Under the pieces are notes generated by a model. The model made no database searches. It was not told the origin of the DNA and saw nothing but the letters and a program-made list of their open reading frames with translations. This document shows, one piece after another, positions 9,999 to 19,485 of a DNA stretch of 64,000 nucleotides. Source of the stretch: Chitinophagaceae bacterium (GTDB lineage: Bacteria > Bacteroidota > Bacteroidia > Chitinophagales > Chitinophagaceae). The stretch spans positions 15,361 to 79,360 of the forward strand of contig JAYWII010000121.1 in the NCBI GenBank assembly GCA_043788995.1, read 5' to 3'. How positions within the stretch are numbered: the first letter of the stretch is position 1; each line of letters begins with the position of its first letter. Both the position numbers and the translations under genes were made by a program.

Positions 9999-10928
9999 AT
10001 GAAAAAATGGTTAGTGATCATCGGTGTGTTAGTTATTGCGTTTATTGGTGCTGTTTCTATTTTTATCCCTTCTACAGAAAATTTTACTTATGCCAGTTCA
10101 GTTAAATGCCCCCAGGAAGCTGCTACAAGATTTTTGATAAACAAAAATAAATGGCCACAATGGTGGCCGGGACAAAAAAAGGATGAGCATTTATACACTT
10201 ACAAAAACTACGAATACCGGGTAAATAAAATTATGCTGAATGCTGTTGATATCACCGTGTCTGATAGTAAAGATTCTGTGAGAGGACTACTGAGGATAAT
10301 TGGAGATACCGGTGCATCAACTAAAATTCATTGGAATTCAGCATTTGAATTTTCATCGAATCCTTTTACAAAACTCTCCAACTACTTTCTATCAAAAGAT
10401 ATTAAATCCAACATAGCCAGCCTGGTAGAAGACAGCAAACTTTTTTTTGAAAAACAGGAAAACTTATATGGTATGAAAATACAGGTGGAGAAGGTAAAAG
10501 ATTCTTCCCTTGTTTCCTATAGCCGGATATTAAATCATTATCCTGCTACTGAAGAAATTTATGATATGATTGGAATGGTAAAAGCATACATTCAAAAAAA
10601 AGGTGGAAAGGAAAATAACAGTCCAATGATGCATGTACAAACAATAAGCCCCACAGAGGTTGGAATAATGGTAGCAATACCAACGCAGGGAGATCTGCCT
10701 TCTGAAGGCGAATTCAGGGCAAAAAAAATGGTTTTAGGAAATATCCTGACAGGTGAGGTTAGCGGTGGAGTATATACAGTAACGCAGGCAGAACTGGAAA
10801 TGAAAAATTTTGTAACTGATTTTAAAAGAATGTCTCCTGCTATCCCATATCAATCTTTAATTACCAACAGGCTACAGGAAACCGATACCACTAAATGGAT
10901 TACCAGGTTGTATTATCCTATATTTTGA
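9999..10928 (+). CDS. Membrane-anchored protein, possible SRPBCC-like N-domain plus GyrI-like small-molecule-binding C-domain
   Basis: N-terminal hydrophobic anchor; WPQWWP and C-terminal TRLYYP pattern recalled from GyrI-like proteins; own -7-like TACTTTGCA at 9934-9942. Confidence 0.55.
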   Translation: MKKWLVIIGVLVIAFIGAVSIFIPSTENFTYASSVKCPQEAATRFLINKNKWPQWWPGQKKDEHLYTYKNYEYRVNKIMLNAVDITVSDSKDSVRGLLRIIGDTGASTKIHWNSAFEFSSNPFTKLSNYFLSKDIKSNIASLVEDSKLFFEKQENLYGMKIQVEKVKDSSLVSYSRILNHYPATEEIYDMIGMVKAYIQKKGGKENNSPMMHVQTISPTEVGIMVAIPTQGDLPSEGEFRAKKMVLGNILTGEVSGGVYTVTQAELEMKNFVTDFKRMSPAIPYQSLITNRLQETDTTKWITRLYYPIF

Positions 10929-10936
10929 TAAAGTAA

Positions 10937-13900
10937 TTATTTGAATTTTATCACCTGCAGGCTATCGTTATTCTTTGCCAACACAAAAGCATTTTGCTTA
11001 TTAATTTGTATTGGCTTGATATGCCTTACCTGCCCCTTTACAACCAGCCCGTTTAATTGCTGGTATTCAAACTGGCCTTTCCCTTTATTTACCAAAACAG
11101 TTCCAAAGTCTGCATCACTCCTGCCAATTTCCACATTGTTATCATAATAATCTCCCATCATCACAATGTCGGGTAAATTATCATTATTAATATTCACCAC
11201 TGCTGCATCCCGGTAAGAACTTAGTTGTGCTTCAAATGGCAATGCCTTTACTTCAAACTGGAAATTCCCGTTATTTATTAATACTGCATTTGAAAAATTA
11301 GTGGCAGTAAAATGATACGCATCTGCAAATTTGTTTTCATCAAAGATTTTATTCAGCGGTGCCTTTGCAAAATCTTCTGCGTATAAATATTGCTTCTTTA
11401 ATCCCGGCAATTGCTTTTGCAGTTCCTGCTTGGTGGCAAATGGAATTTCTTCTCCTCTCAAATAATAAGTAAGTATTTGTTCGTACTTGTAGTTCTCATC
11501 AAAATCATTGTAGTACATAGAGACTGGTTCTTTTGCAGACGCTTTTAATTTACTGTTTAGTCCGAGGTTGCCGGCAATGAAATCAATATCGCCGTCATTA
11601 TCCACATCACAAGGCAGTATAAAATTCCACCAGCCTTTTTCGTTCGTAATAGCTCTTTTCGTAAAACTGTTTTTATTATTGATAAATGCATCTATTCCAC
11701 CCCATTCATAACAAAGTAATAAATCGCTGTCGCCATCTTTGTCAATATCCAGCCATTTTGCATCCGTTACCATGCCGGGTTTTACCAGGTCTTTTGAATA
11801 TTGCTGCGTTACATCAGTAAACTTTCCAGTACCATCATTTTGCAATAAAAAGGATTTGGGCAGATTGCCATAATTCCACGGTTCCGCCCTTCCACCAAAG
11901 AAGAGGTCAACAGAACCATCTCCATTAAAATCATAAGGAGCCACCGCACTTTGGGTATAATAGATGCCGGAAAAAGCATCTGCCTTTTTTGTTAAGTTCC
12001 CTTTGCCATCATTCAGGTAAAGTAATGGCTGCAGGTGATTATCTTTTCCATAATATTCATTACCGCCACTGGCAATGATGAGGTCAACGTTTTTATCATT
12101 ATTTACATCCACCCATTCAGCGGCTACGTTTTCCCACATATTATCTTTCAGCATTTCCGGCTCTGCCAGTTGAACAAATTTCCCGCCGGGTGTTTGCAGG
12201 AAGACGGCATTGTGAAAAGTTTTGGATGCTCCAACAAAAACATCTTCCAGCCCATCATGATTAATATCCGCTACAGCCAGTGCCGGGCCTTCTGTTGTGA
12301 GCATGTGTGGTATCAATGGTTCCCTGTCAAATTCATTAAAAGGATTTTCAACATGTTTATATTTTAAGCCGGCAACAGCTGTAATATCTTCTGCTACAGC
12401 AATAGAAGATTGTTTATACGAGGTGATCTTATTGTAATCAAATTGTGGTAAGCCTGCCGTAAAGGAAAAAGATAATTTTTGATTTGCTTTTACCTGGATT
12501 GGCTGAAATGAATTATCAGGCCATATTAAAAATGCAGAATCAATAACTGTTTTATCCAGGCCAATATGAATGGGCGCCAGCATGCTGGATTGAAAACCAT
12601 GCACCGGGTTATTTTCATAAGTTCGTATACCTCCGTTAGCAAATAAAATCACTTTGGTACCTACAGCACCGGTATTGCTTTCTGCACCTTTGAGTTTAAC
12701 AGTTGCAAAAGATTTGTTTTGATTATCATTGGCTGTATTCTCATACAACATTACCGGATCATTAATATTATTCACAATGATATCCAGGTCACCATCATTA
12801 TCCAGGTCGGCATATACAGCGCCATTTGAAAAACTTGGTTTATTATTTTCAATGCTGTCTGTTGCATCTTTGAATAATAAATTGCCGCTGTTAGAAAAAA
12901 ACTGGTTGGGTAGTTTGATCTCGGGAAATTTGTTTACCAAGCCCATATCCTTTTCTTCCAGCGTATTGTTTTTTAATTTTTCCTGCAGCTCATCATTGGA
13001 AACAAAATTGACATAGTCAACATCATTCATCCGCTTGGGAATACCATTTGAAATAAACAAATCTTTGCTGCCGTCATTATCAAAATCCATCCACAGTGCC
13101 GCCCAGCTCCAGTCGGTAGCATGCACTCCTGCATATTGCCCCACTTCGCTAAACATACCATTGCGCCGGTTTAGCTGCAGGTTATTACGGGCATACTGGT
13201 AATTATATCCAAAAGAAATTTTTTGATCGAAAATTGAATAATCATCTTCTGCCAGGGAGCGGCGTATCATGTAAGGATCATAAGGCAACATATCCATTGA
13301 AATGATCTCCGGGTAAGCATCATTGTTTATATCTGCCACATCCACACCCATACTAAACTGGCTGGTATGCATCAGCCGTTTAGTATTCTCTTCTGTAAAA
13401 GTGCCGTTATGCTGGTTGATATAGAGATAATCGTTTTCATGAAAATCATTTCCAACATAGAAATCAGGCCAGCCATCGAGGTTAATATCTGCAACGGCTA
13501 CCCCAAGACCATAACCAATTTTACTTCCGTTGATTCCGCACAGCCTTGTTACATCAGTAAAATGAACAGCTACTTTACCAGCAGCATCTTTTCCTGCATC
13601 ATTACGGTAAAATTTTTGCCCCGCTAAAGAATCAAACGTATTGATAAATTTTTCTCTTGGTGCATAATTGCCATCATGATTCACCGAATGGTTAAGTAAG
13701 AACATATCCAGGTCTCCATCATGATCATAATCAAAGAAAGCTGCCTGTGTACTGAAGCCAGAGAAGTCTAATCCATACTTTGTTGCTTCGTCTTTATAAG
13801 AAGGAATCCCATTTTTATCAACCCCCTGGCAAATCAATAACTCATTTCGTCCATTGAGGGATTTATAATGCCCCACTTTGCAAATGTAAATATCGAGCAG

Positions 13901-14371
13901 GCCGTCATTATTAATATCCACCACAGATACACCAGTGCTCCACCCGCCGTCTTGTGGTATGTGAGCGGCTGCAGTTACATCCGTAAATTTTAATGCACCT
14001 TTATTGATGTATAATTTATTATCGCCCTGGTTAGCTGAAAAGAACAGGTCGATCAACCCATCATTATTAAAATCACCCGAGCCTACACCGGCACCATTGT
14101 AATAATACATGTAAGAAAACAGGTTGAACTGTGGTGTTGGTGTCAATTTATTGCTGAAATCAAGCCCGGTTTGTTCTTTATTCAGCACTTTAAACCAGGG
14201 GGATTGTAATGATTTTTTATCTGAACAGGAAAACAGGATCATTGATACAGAGCATACAAAAAGTAATAAGCAGGTATTACTTTTTCTTCCTGTACACCTG
14301 TGCCTTTTACAATCCTGTTGCATGATGTAATTTAGATTGCAGCCTGGTGCTGCTCCACGAACCTCCCTCAT
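10937..14371 (-). CDS. FG-GAP/VCBS-repeat ASPIC-UnbV lipoprotein 2
   Basis: DxDxDG repeats, HGFQSS motif, lipobox ILFSC; start ambiguous (14371 abuts the upstream stop, 14323 is an alternative). Confidence 0.85.
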   Translation of the reverse strand: MREVRGAAPGCNLNYIMQQDCKRHRCTGRKSNTCLLLFVCSVSMILFSCSDKKSLQSPWFKVLNKEQTGLDFSNKLTPTPQFNLFSYMYYYNGAGVGSGDFNNDGLIDLFFSANQGDNKLYINKGALKFTDVTAAAHIPQDGGWSTGVSVVDINNDGLLDIYICKVGHYKSLNGRNELLICQGVDKNGIPSYKDEATKYGLDFSGFSTQAAFFDYDHDGDLDMFLLNHSVNHDGNYAPREKFINTFDSLAGQKFYRNDAGKDAAGKVAVHFTDVTRLCGINGSKIGYGLGVAVADINLDGWPDFYVGNDFHENDYLYINQHNGTFTEENTKRLMHTSQFSMGVDVADINNDAYPEIISMDMLPYDPYMIRRSLAEDDYSIFDQKISFGYNYQYARNNLQLNRRNGMFSEVGQYAGVHATDWSWAALWMDFDNDGSKDLFISNGIPKRMNDVDYVNFVSNDELQEKLKNNTLEEKDMGLVNKFPEIKLPNQFFSNSGNLLFKDATDSIENNKPSFSNGAVYADLDNDGDLDIIVNNINDPVMLYENTANDNQNKSFATVKLKGAESNTGAVGTKVILFANGGIRTYENNPVHGFQSSMLAPIHIGLDKTVIDSAFLIWPDNSFQPIQVKANQKLSFSFTAGLPQFDYNKITSYKQSSIAVAEDITAVAGLKYKHVENPFNEFDREPLIPHMLTTEGPALAVADINHDGLEDVFVGASKTFHNAVFLQTPGGKFVQLAEPEMLKDNMWENVAAEWVDVNNDKNVDLIIASGGNEYYGKDNHLQPLLYLNDGKGNLTKKADAFSGIYYTQSAVAPYDFNGDGSVDLFFGGRAEPWNYGNLPKSFLLQNDGTGKFTDVTQQYSKDLVKPGMVTDAKWLDIDKDGDSDLLLCYEWGGIDAFINNKNSFTKRAITNEKGWWNFILPCDVDNDGDIDFIAGNLGLNSKLKASAKEPVSMYYNDFDENYKYEQILTYYLRGEEIPFATKQELQKQLPGLKKQYLYAEDFAKAPLNKIFDENKFADAYHFTATNFSNAVLINNGNFQFEVKALPFEAQLSSYRDAAVVNINNDNLPDIVMMGDYYDNNVEIGRSDADFGTVLVNKGKGQFEYQQLNGLVVKGQVRHIKPIQINKQNAFVLAKNNDSLQVIKFK

Positions 14372-14372
14372 C

Positions 14373-17300
14373 TTATTTTGTTTCTTTTTTTATTGACTTT
14401 AATTTATACAGCACCGGATAATCATTGTTCTCCAAAAAGAGTAGATGATTTTCTTTCTTAAAAATAAATGAAATGATATCTCTTACCTGGCCATTTAAAC
14501 TAATACCTGTGCTGGTGGCAGGCAGATCATAAAAATTACCTTTTTGATCATTGATCAATACATGACCATAACTGGCATCCACCCTGCAGAATTGCGGCAG
14601 CAGATCAAAAAAGTTTCCGGCAGCAATAATATCCTGGTAGCCGTCATTATTTACATCCAGTATTTTTATTGCATTTACAGAAGACAACTGAACATCCTGC
14701 GGCAGTTCTTTCAGGCTGAAGTGGCCTTTGCCGTCATTATATGCTATCACTGATGCTGCATAATTTACCTGTTTCACTTTTGCTGTTTCAATATCTTTTT
14801 CAAAAAGTTGTTCTACTGTTTTGGTAGCGTATTCGTGATGCTTCAGGTTAAGTTTTTTCAAAGAAGGTATTTGATCCGTGATTTCTCTTTTGGTAAATAC
14901 CGGAACATCTTTTCCATTCAATGTTTTAGTGAATACTTTATCTGCAACGCCGTTTTCATCAAAATCTTTTATCCAAATTTTTACCGGGTTCTGTTGGTCT
15001 GGCTGCAGGTAAAAATTCTTACCGATATTGCCTATCACCAAATCATTATCTCCATCATTGTCTATATCTGCCACGGTTAAAGACTGCCACCAGCCAAAAT
15101 AGTTTTCCAGCCCGGTCTTTTTTTCTTCAAATTTTTTTCCATTGAAAGAATAAACATGCGGATACATCCACTCGCCTGTAATGATCAAATCTGCTGTACC
15201 ATCTTTATCAATATCCGAAACTACAGCAGCAGTCACCATTCCCAACCTCGTAATTCCCGGAGCAACAGCATTGGTAATATCTTTAAAAGTACCCTGCCCA
15301 TCGTTTTGTAAGATGGCACTGTGTGGATCTTCACCATAATTTTGTGGTATGCTCCTGCTGCCAATAAATAAATCTAAGTCACCATCTTTATCAAAATCAA
15401 ACGACACTGCTGCACCACAATTGGTATTCATTATTGGCAGCGCTCCTCTTTTCAAAATGAAATTCCCTTTACCATCATTGGTAAATAACTGGTTTTGAAA
15501 ACTGCCCGATGTTTCGGATGCAAAATTTCCACCGCCACCTGTAAAAAGGTCCAGGTCTCCATCTTTATCACAATCAAAAAAGAAAGCAGCTGTTACATCA
15601 TTAAAAGCAAAGGTTATAAAATCAGGCACTTCCTTTTTTACAAACCCTGCTGCAGTTTGCAGGTATAATTGTCCTGGTTGCTGACGGGCTCCTCCAATAT
15701 AAATATCCTCCAGTCCATCACCATTCACATCGGCAGTAGCAGCTTTAGGCCCCTGCCTGGAAAGCATAAATGGAATATTGCGTTCCGTATAAAAATCAAC
15801 CTGGTCATCTTCAGTATGTTTATCAAAAATGTTTGCGCTCTTTTCAAACAATGTAGCAGCAGCTGCTGCTGGTGTAAGCATTGGCGTTACAACAGCAGTT
15901 GAATAATCAATTGTATAAAGTTTATTTACAGCAGGCTTCTTTATTGAAGTAGTGGTTCTGTCAGGCCAGGTTATGGTAATTGAATCAGCTTCATTTTTAC
16001 CCAGCCCTATTGTCTGCTTGTAGTCAACAGATGATTGAAAGCCACGACTCGGTATCAATTCACGGCTGATAATTTGATTGCCCTGGTATATCCTGATGGT
16101 GCTTCCTATTCCAAAAGTATTGGGTGATTTATATTTTAATGATACTGCGATGTATTGGTTCTTATTTTGTTCCTGGCTGTTATTCCGGTAAACCATTGCC
16201 TTTTCATTTACATTGTTTACTACCAGGTCCAGGTCACCATCATTATCCAGGTCAGCATAAGCTGCCCCGTTTGAAAAAGATGGTTGTGTAAATCCCCATT
16301 CCTTACCTGCATCCTGAAATTGAAGCCCGCCTTTATTGCTAAACATCATATTAGGTATTGGATTGGAAGGCATTTTACTGGTGACGGTATTTACTTCTTC
16401 TTTTTTGCCACTCACAACCATACTCTGTACCACTTCATTGGCAAAAAAATCAATAAAGTCCTGGTCTGTTACGTCCCGGTAAATTCCATTACATACATAG
16501 ATGTCAGAAAATCCATCATTATCTGCGTCAAACATCAGAGCACCCCAGCTCCAGTCGCTGGCAGCCACTTTACTATAAAATGCAGTCTCCAGGAATTTTC
16601 CCTGCTGATTGTTTACCAACAGCGCATTTTGTGTAAACTGGTTATAAAAACCCTGGTTCTGTTTTAGTTTAAACACATCGTATCCATCAAAAGAAGTATT
16701 GGCTTTTAACCGGTAATCATCAGAGGGCAGCATATCAGTAGTAAAAATATCCGGGAAGCCATCGTTATTAATATCCTGCATATCTGCACCCATTGAAGAA
16801 AGGCTGGTATGCTGGATACGCTGTTCCAGTTCATCTGCAAAGGTTCCGTTTTTTTGATTGATGTATAAATAGTCTCTTTCAAAAAAATCATTGGATACAT
16901 ATACATCCGGGTATCCATCACTGTTTACATCACCAACGGTTACGCCCAGCCCAAGACCGATGAGCCCGCCATGTAACCCTGCTTCTTTTGTTATTTCAGT
17001 AAAATGCCCATGGTCATTTTTATACAAATGATCGCCGCCGCCTTTCAGGAATTCTGCCACATTCCATTTCTCAGCGGGCAAGTCACGCATGTTAGCATAG
17101 TTCAACGTGTTGACAGGTATGGGGCTGTTATTTACAATAAAACAATCCAGGTCGCCATCCAGGTCATAATCGAAAAAAGATGCCTGTGTACTATAGCCGC
17201 CATCATCCAAACCATACTCCGTTGCCTTTTCTGTAAAGGTGAGGTTGTGGTTGTTGATGTACAATTGATTTTTTCTTAACTCAGGTTCCAGCATATTACC

Positions 17301-17693
17301 AGCGTTACATACATAAATATCCAGCCAGCCATCTGCATTGATATCCACCAATACCACCCCGGTGCTCCATTGTTTTTTTTCTGTAAATCCAGCCTTAGTA
17401 GAAATGTCTTCAAATTGAAAATTCCCCTTGTTCAGATAGAGCTTATTGCTGCCCTGGTTGGCAGTAAAAAAAATCTCCGGTAAGCCATCATTATTCAGAT
17501 CGCCGGTGGCTACGCCAGCACCATTATAAAAGTTCCGGTATTTAAAAACATTCAGTTCATTCGTTTCTTTCAGTGTATTCACAAATTGAATACTGCTGTT
17601 ATTAACCAGGCTAAACAATGTTTCCTTAACAGGTTGATTACAGGAGAAGAAGAAGAATAAAAGAAAATATTTGGCAGGCTTTAAAAGCTTCAT
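14373..17693 (-). CDS. FG-GAP/VCBS-repeat ASPIC-UnbV lipoprotein 3
   Basis: DxDxDG repeats, RGFQSS motif, lipobox FFFSC. Confidence 0.88.
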   Translation of the reverse strand: MKLLKPAKYFLLFFFFSCNQPVKETLFSLVNNSSIQFVNTLKETNELNVFKYRNFYNGAGVATGDLNNDGLPEIFFTANQGSNKLYLNKGNFQFEDISTKAGFTEKKQWSTGVVLVDINADGWLDIYVCNAGNMLEPELRKNQLYINNHNLTFTEKATEYGLDDGGYSTQASFFDYDLDGDLDCFIVNNSPIPVNTLNYANMRDLPAEKWNVAEFLKGGGDHLYKNDHGHFTEITKEAGLHGGLIGLGLGVTVGDVNSDGYPDVYVSNDFFERDYLYINQKNGTFADELEQRIQHTSLSSMGADMQDINNDGFPDIFTTDMLPSDDYRLKANTSFDGYDVFKLKQNQGFYNQFTQNALLVNNQQGKFLETAFYSKVAASDWSWGALMFDADNDGFSDIYVCNGIYRDVTDQDFIDFFANEVVQSMVVSGKKEEVNTVTSKMPSNPIPNMMFSNKGGLQFQDAGKEWGFTQPSFSNGAAYADLDNDGDLDLVVNNVNEKAMVYRNNSQEQNKNQYIAVSLKYKSPNTFGIGSTIRIYQGNQIISRELIPSRGFQSSVDYKQTIGLGKNEADSITITWPDRTTTSIKKPAVNKLYTIDYSTAVVTPMLTPAAAAATLFEKSANIFDKHTEDDQVDFYTERNIPFMLSRQGPKAATADVNGDGLEDIYIGGARQQPGQLYLQTAAGFVKKEVPDFITFAFNDVTAAFFFDCDKDGDLDLFTGGGGNFASETSGSFQNQLFTNDGKGNFILKRGALPIMNTNCGAAVSFDFDKDGDLDLFIGSRSIPQNYGEDPHSAILQNDGQGTFKDITNAVAPGITRLGMVTAAVVSDIDKDGTADLIITGEWMYPHVYSFNGKKFEEKKTGLENYFGWWQSLTVADIDNDGDNDLVIGNIGKNFYLQPDQQNPVKIWIKDFDENGVADKVFTKTLNGKDVPVFTKREITDQIPSLKKLNLKHHEYATKTVEQLFEKDIETAKVKQVNYAASVIAYNDGKGHFSLKELPQDVQLSSVNAIKILDVNNDGYQDIIAAGNFFDLLPQFCRVDASYGHVLINDQKGNFYDLPATSTGISLNGQVRDIISFIFKKENHLLFLENNDYPVLYKLKSIKKETK

Positions 17694-17711
17694 AATTAAT
17701 TAAAAATAGAA

Positions 17712-17737
17712 AAAGGCCATTATAAATAATGGCCTTT
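17712..17737 (-). terminator. Intrinsic terminator/attenuator after susD
   Basis: AAAGGCCATTA/TAATGGCCTTT stem followed by a T-run on the - strand. Confidence 0.7.
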
Positions 17738-17774
17738 AACAAAATTACAGTGATTTAATAACTATCGAATTAAA

Positions 17775-19460
17775 TTAATAACCTGCGTTCTGTTGCAAAT
17801 TAGGATTAGAAGATAATGCAATTAAAGGAATTGGGAAAACACATCTTGTTCCATTAGACTTACTTGGTCTTTCACCAACTGGATCATTGAATTTCTCAAA
17901 ACGGATCAAGTCATTTCTTCTCCATGCTTCTAAATACAACTCTCTTCCTCTTTCAGCCAATAATGTAGTTAAACTTACTTCACCCAAGTTTGCTACATTA
18001 CGCTTAGCACGTATTCCGTTTACAATAGCCAGAGGTGTTTCAGCATCTGTACCGCCTCTTAAAATTGCTTCTGCTTTCATTAAACGAATATCAGAAAAAC
18101 GGAAGAACACAAATTCATTTTTAGTTCCCCAGCCGCCGCCATTACTTTCTTTTGGATCAAGCGGATATTTATTCGTCCTGATACCTTTTGATTCAGTTGA
18201 AAAGAACAAACTTACCTCTGGCGTAAAGATCAATGGATTACCTGCTCTGTCTTTTAAATCATTAACCGGTAAACCTATATATTTCTTACTCTTGTAAGAT
18301 GGCCCTTTTTGCTGACCAACTAAAAAACCTGCAGGACGACCAACAAGACGTATATATGAGGTTGTTTTATAGGTAGGGTTCCTTGGATCTTTATCTATAT
18401 AAATACTTGAGTCTGTAGTAGGAACAGGGTTATCTGCCGTCCCGTTCCAAACTAACGTTCCTCGTACTGTATCTCTTTTACGTACATCCGCATCATCAAA
18501 ACTATTATAAAAATCTGCCAATGTAGTAAACCCATTCCAGCCATCAGGTGTCATGCTGTAGTGATTACCCATACAGGTAGCCCATACCATATTGTTACCG
18601 CCATCTCCGTTAAAACGTGTAAAAATATTTTCTGTAGATTTAGTACCATTCTCCCAGGTAAAATTATCCCAGTAATAATCTGCCACTTTCAAGTCAGCAT
18701 TTGCAGCGATCGCATTGCTTAACTCAATTACCTTATTCATATCTGCTGCAGCAAAAGTGAAAGGACCAGCCGGACTTGCAGGATCTTGCTTGTAAACAGA
18801 TTTATTTAAATAGCATTTAGCCAACAGAAACTGAGCAGCTTCTTTTGTTGCCACACTCCTTAAAGCATGTGTATAAGCAGGTAATTTTGGAATTACTGAT
18901 TCCAGTTCGCTAATGATAAAATCAATTGCCTCTGCACGGCTATACACATCTGGTATTACCTCAATTGCTGCTGTAGCTGGCCGATGCTGTAACTGGCCAA
19001 ACATATCACAAACCAAATAGGAGAAATAAGCTCTTAAAAAAGTTGCTTCCGCCTTTGTTTTTTCATCTGCGGAACTTGCTTCTGCCAGCAAAGTAGTTTG
19101 AAATAAGGCTCCATTCAAGCCATTCCAGGTATCATTGATCTGGTTGTGAGCGCCATCCCAGGTATGAAGATGCAATTTACGCCAGGTTCCAAAATCATCC
19201 CAGTCAGTACCACGGGTTGGTCCCATGATCTCGTCTGTTGTGTGTTCCTGCATGGCATAAGTATTACCCTGGCCATATAATTGATTTAACTGTGTATAAA
19301 CAGTTTTCAGATCAGAGGGCTGAGGTGCTCCACCAGACTCAATTATGGCTTCTCCATTAGGAGCCTTTAGTTTTGTATCCAGTTTGGTACAGGATGAAAC
19401 CGTCAGTACCACAGCCAAAGCTGAAACTGAAAGAATGTTATTCATAATAATTTTTTTCAT
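17775..19460 (-). CDS. susD: SusD/RagB family outer-membrane lipoprotein
   Basis: Lipobox TVSSC; LMKAEA and ERGRELYLEAWRRNDLIRF motifs; directly downstream of susC. Confidence 0.92.
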   Translation of the reverse strand: MKKIIMNNILSVSALAVVLTVSSCTKLDTKLKAPNGEAIIESGGAPQPSDLKTVYTQLNQLYGQGNTYAMQEHTTDEIMGPTRGTDWDDFGTWRKLHLHTWDGAHNQINDTWNGLNGALFQTTLLAEASSADEKTKAEATFLRAYFSYLVCDMFGQLQHRPATAAIEVIPDVYSRAEAIDFIISELESVIPKLPAYTHALRSVATKEAAQFLLAKCYLNKSVYKQDPASPAGPFTFAAADMNKVIELSNAIAANADLKVADYYWDNFTWENGTKSTENIFTRFNGDGGNNMVWATCMGNHYSMTPDGWNGFTTLADFYNSFDDADVRKRDTVRGTLVWNGTADNPVPTTDSSIYIDKDPRNPTYKTTSYIRLVGRPAGFLVGQQKGPSYKSKKYIGLPVNDLKDRAGNPLIFTPEVSLFFSTESKGIRTNKYPLDPKESNGGGWGTKNEFVFFRFSDIRLMKAEAILRGGTDAETPLAIVNGIRAKRNVANLGEVSLTTLLAERGRELYLEAWRRNDLIRFEKFNDPVGERPSKSNGTRCVFPIPLIALSSNPNLQQNAGY

Positions 19461-19485
19461 ACAAATGTTTTTTTAAATGAATTAA

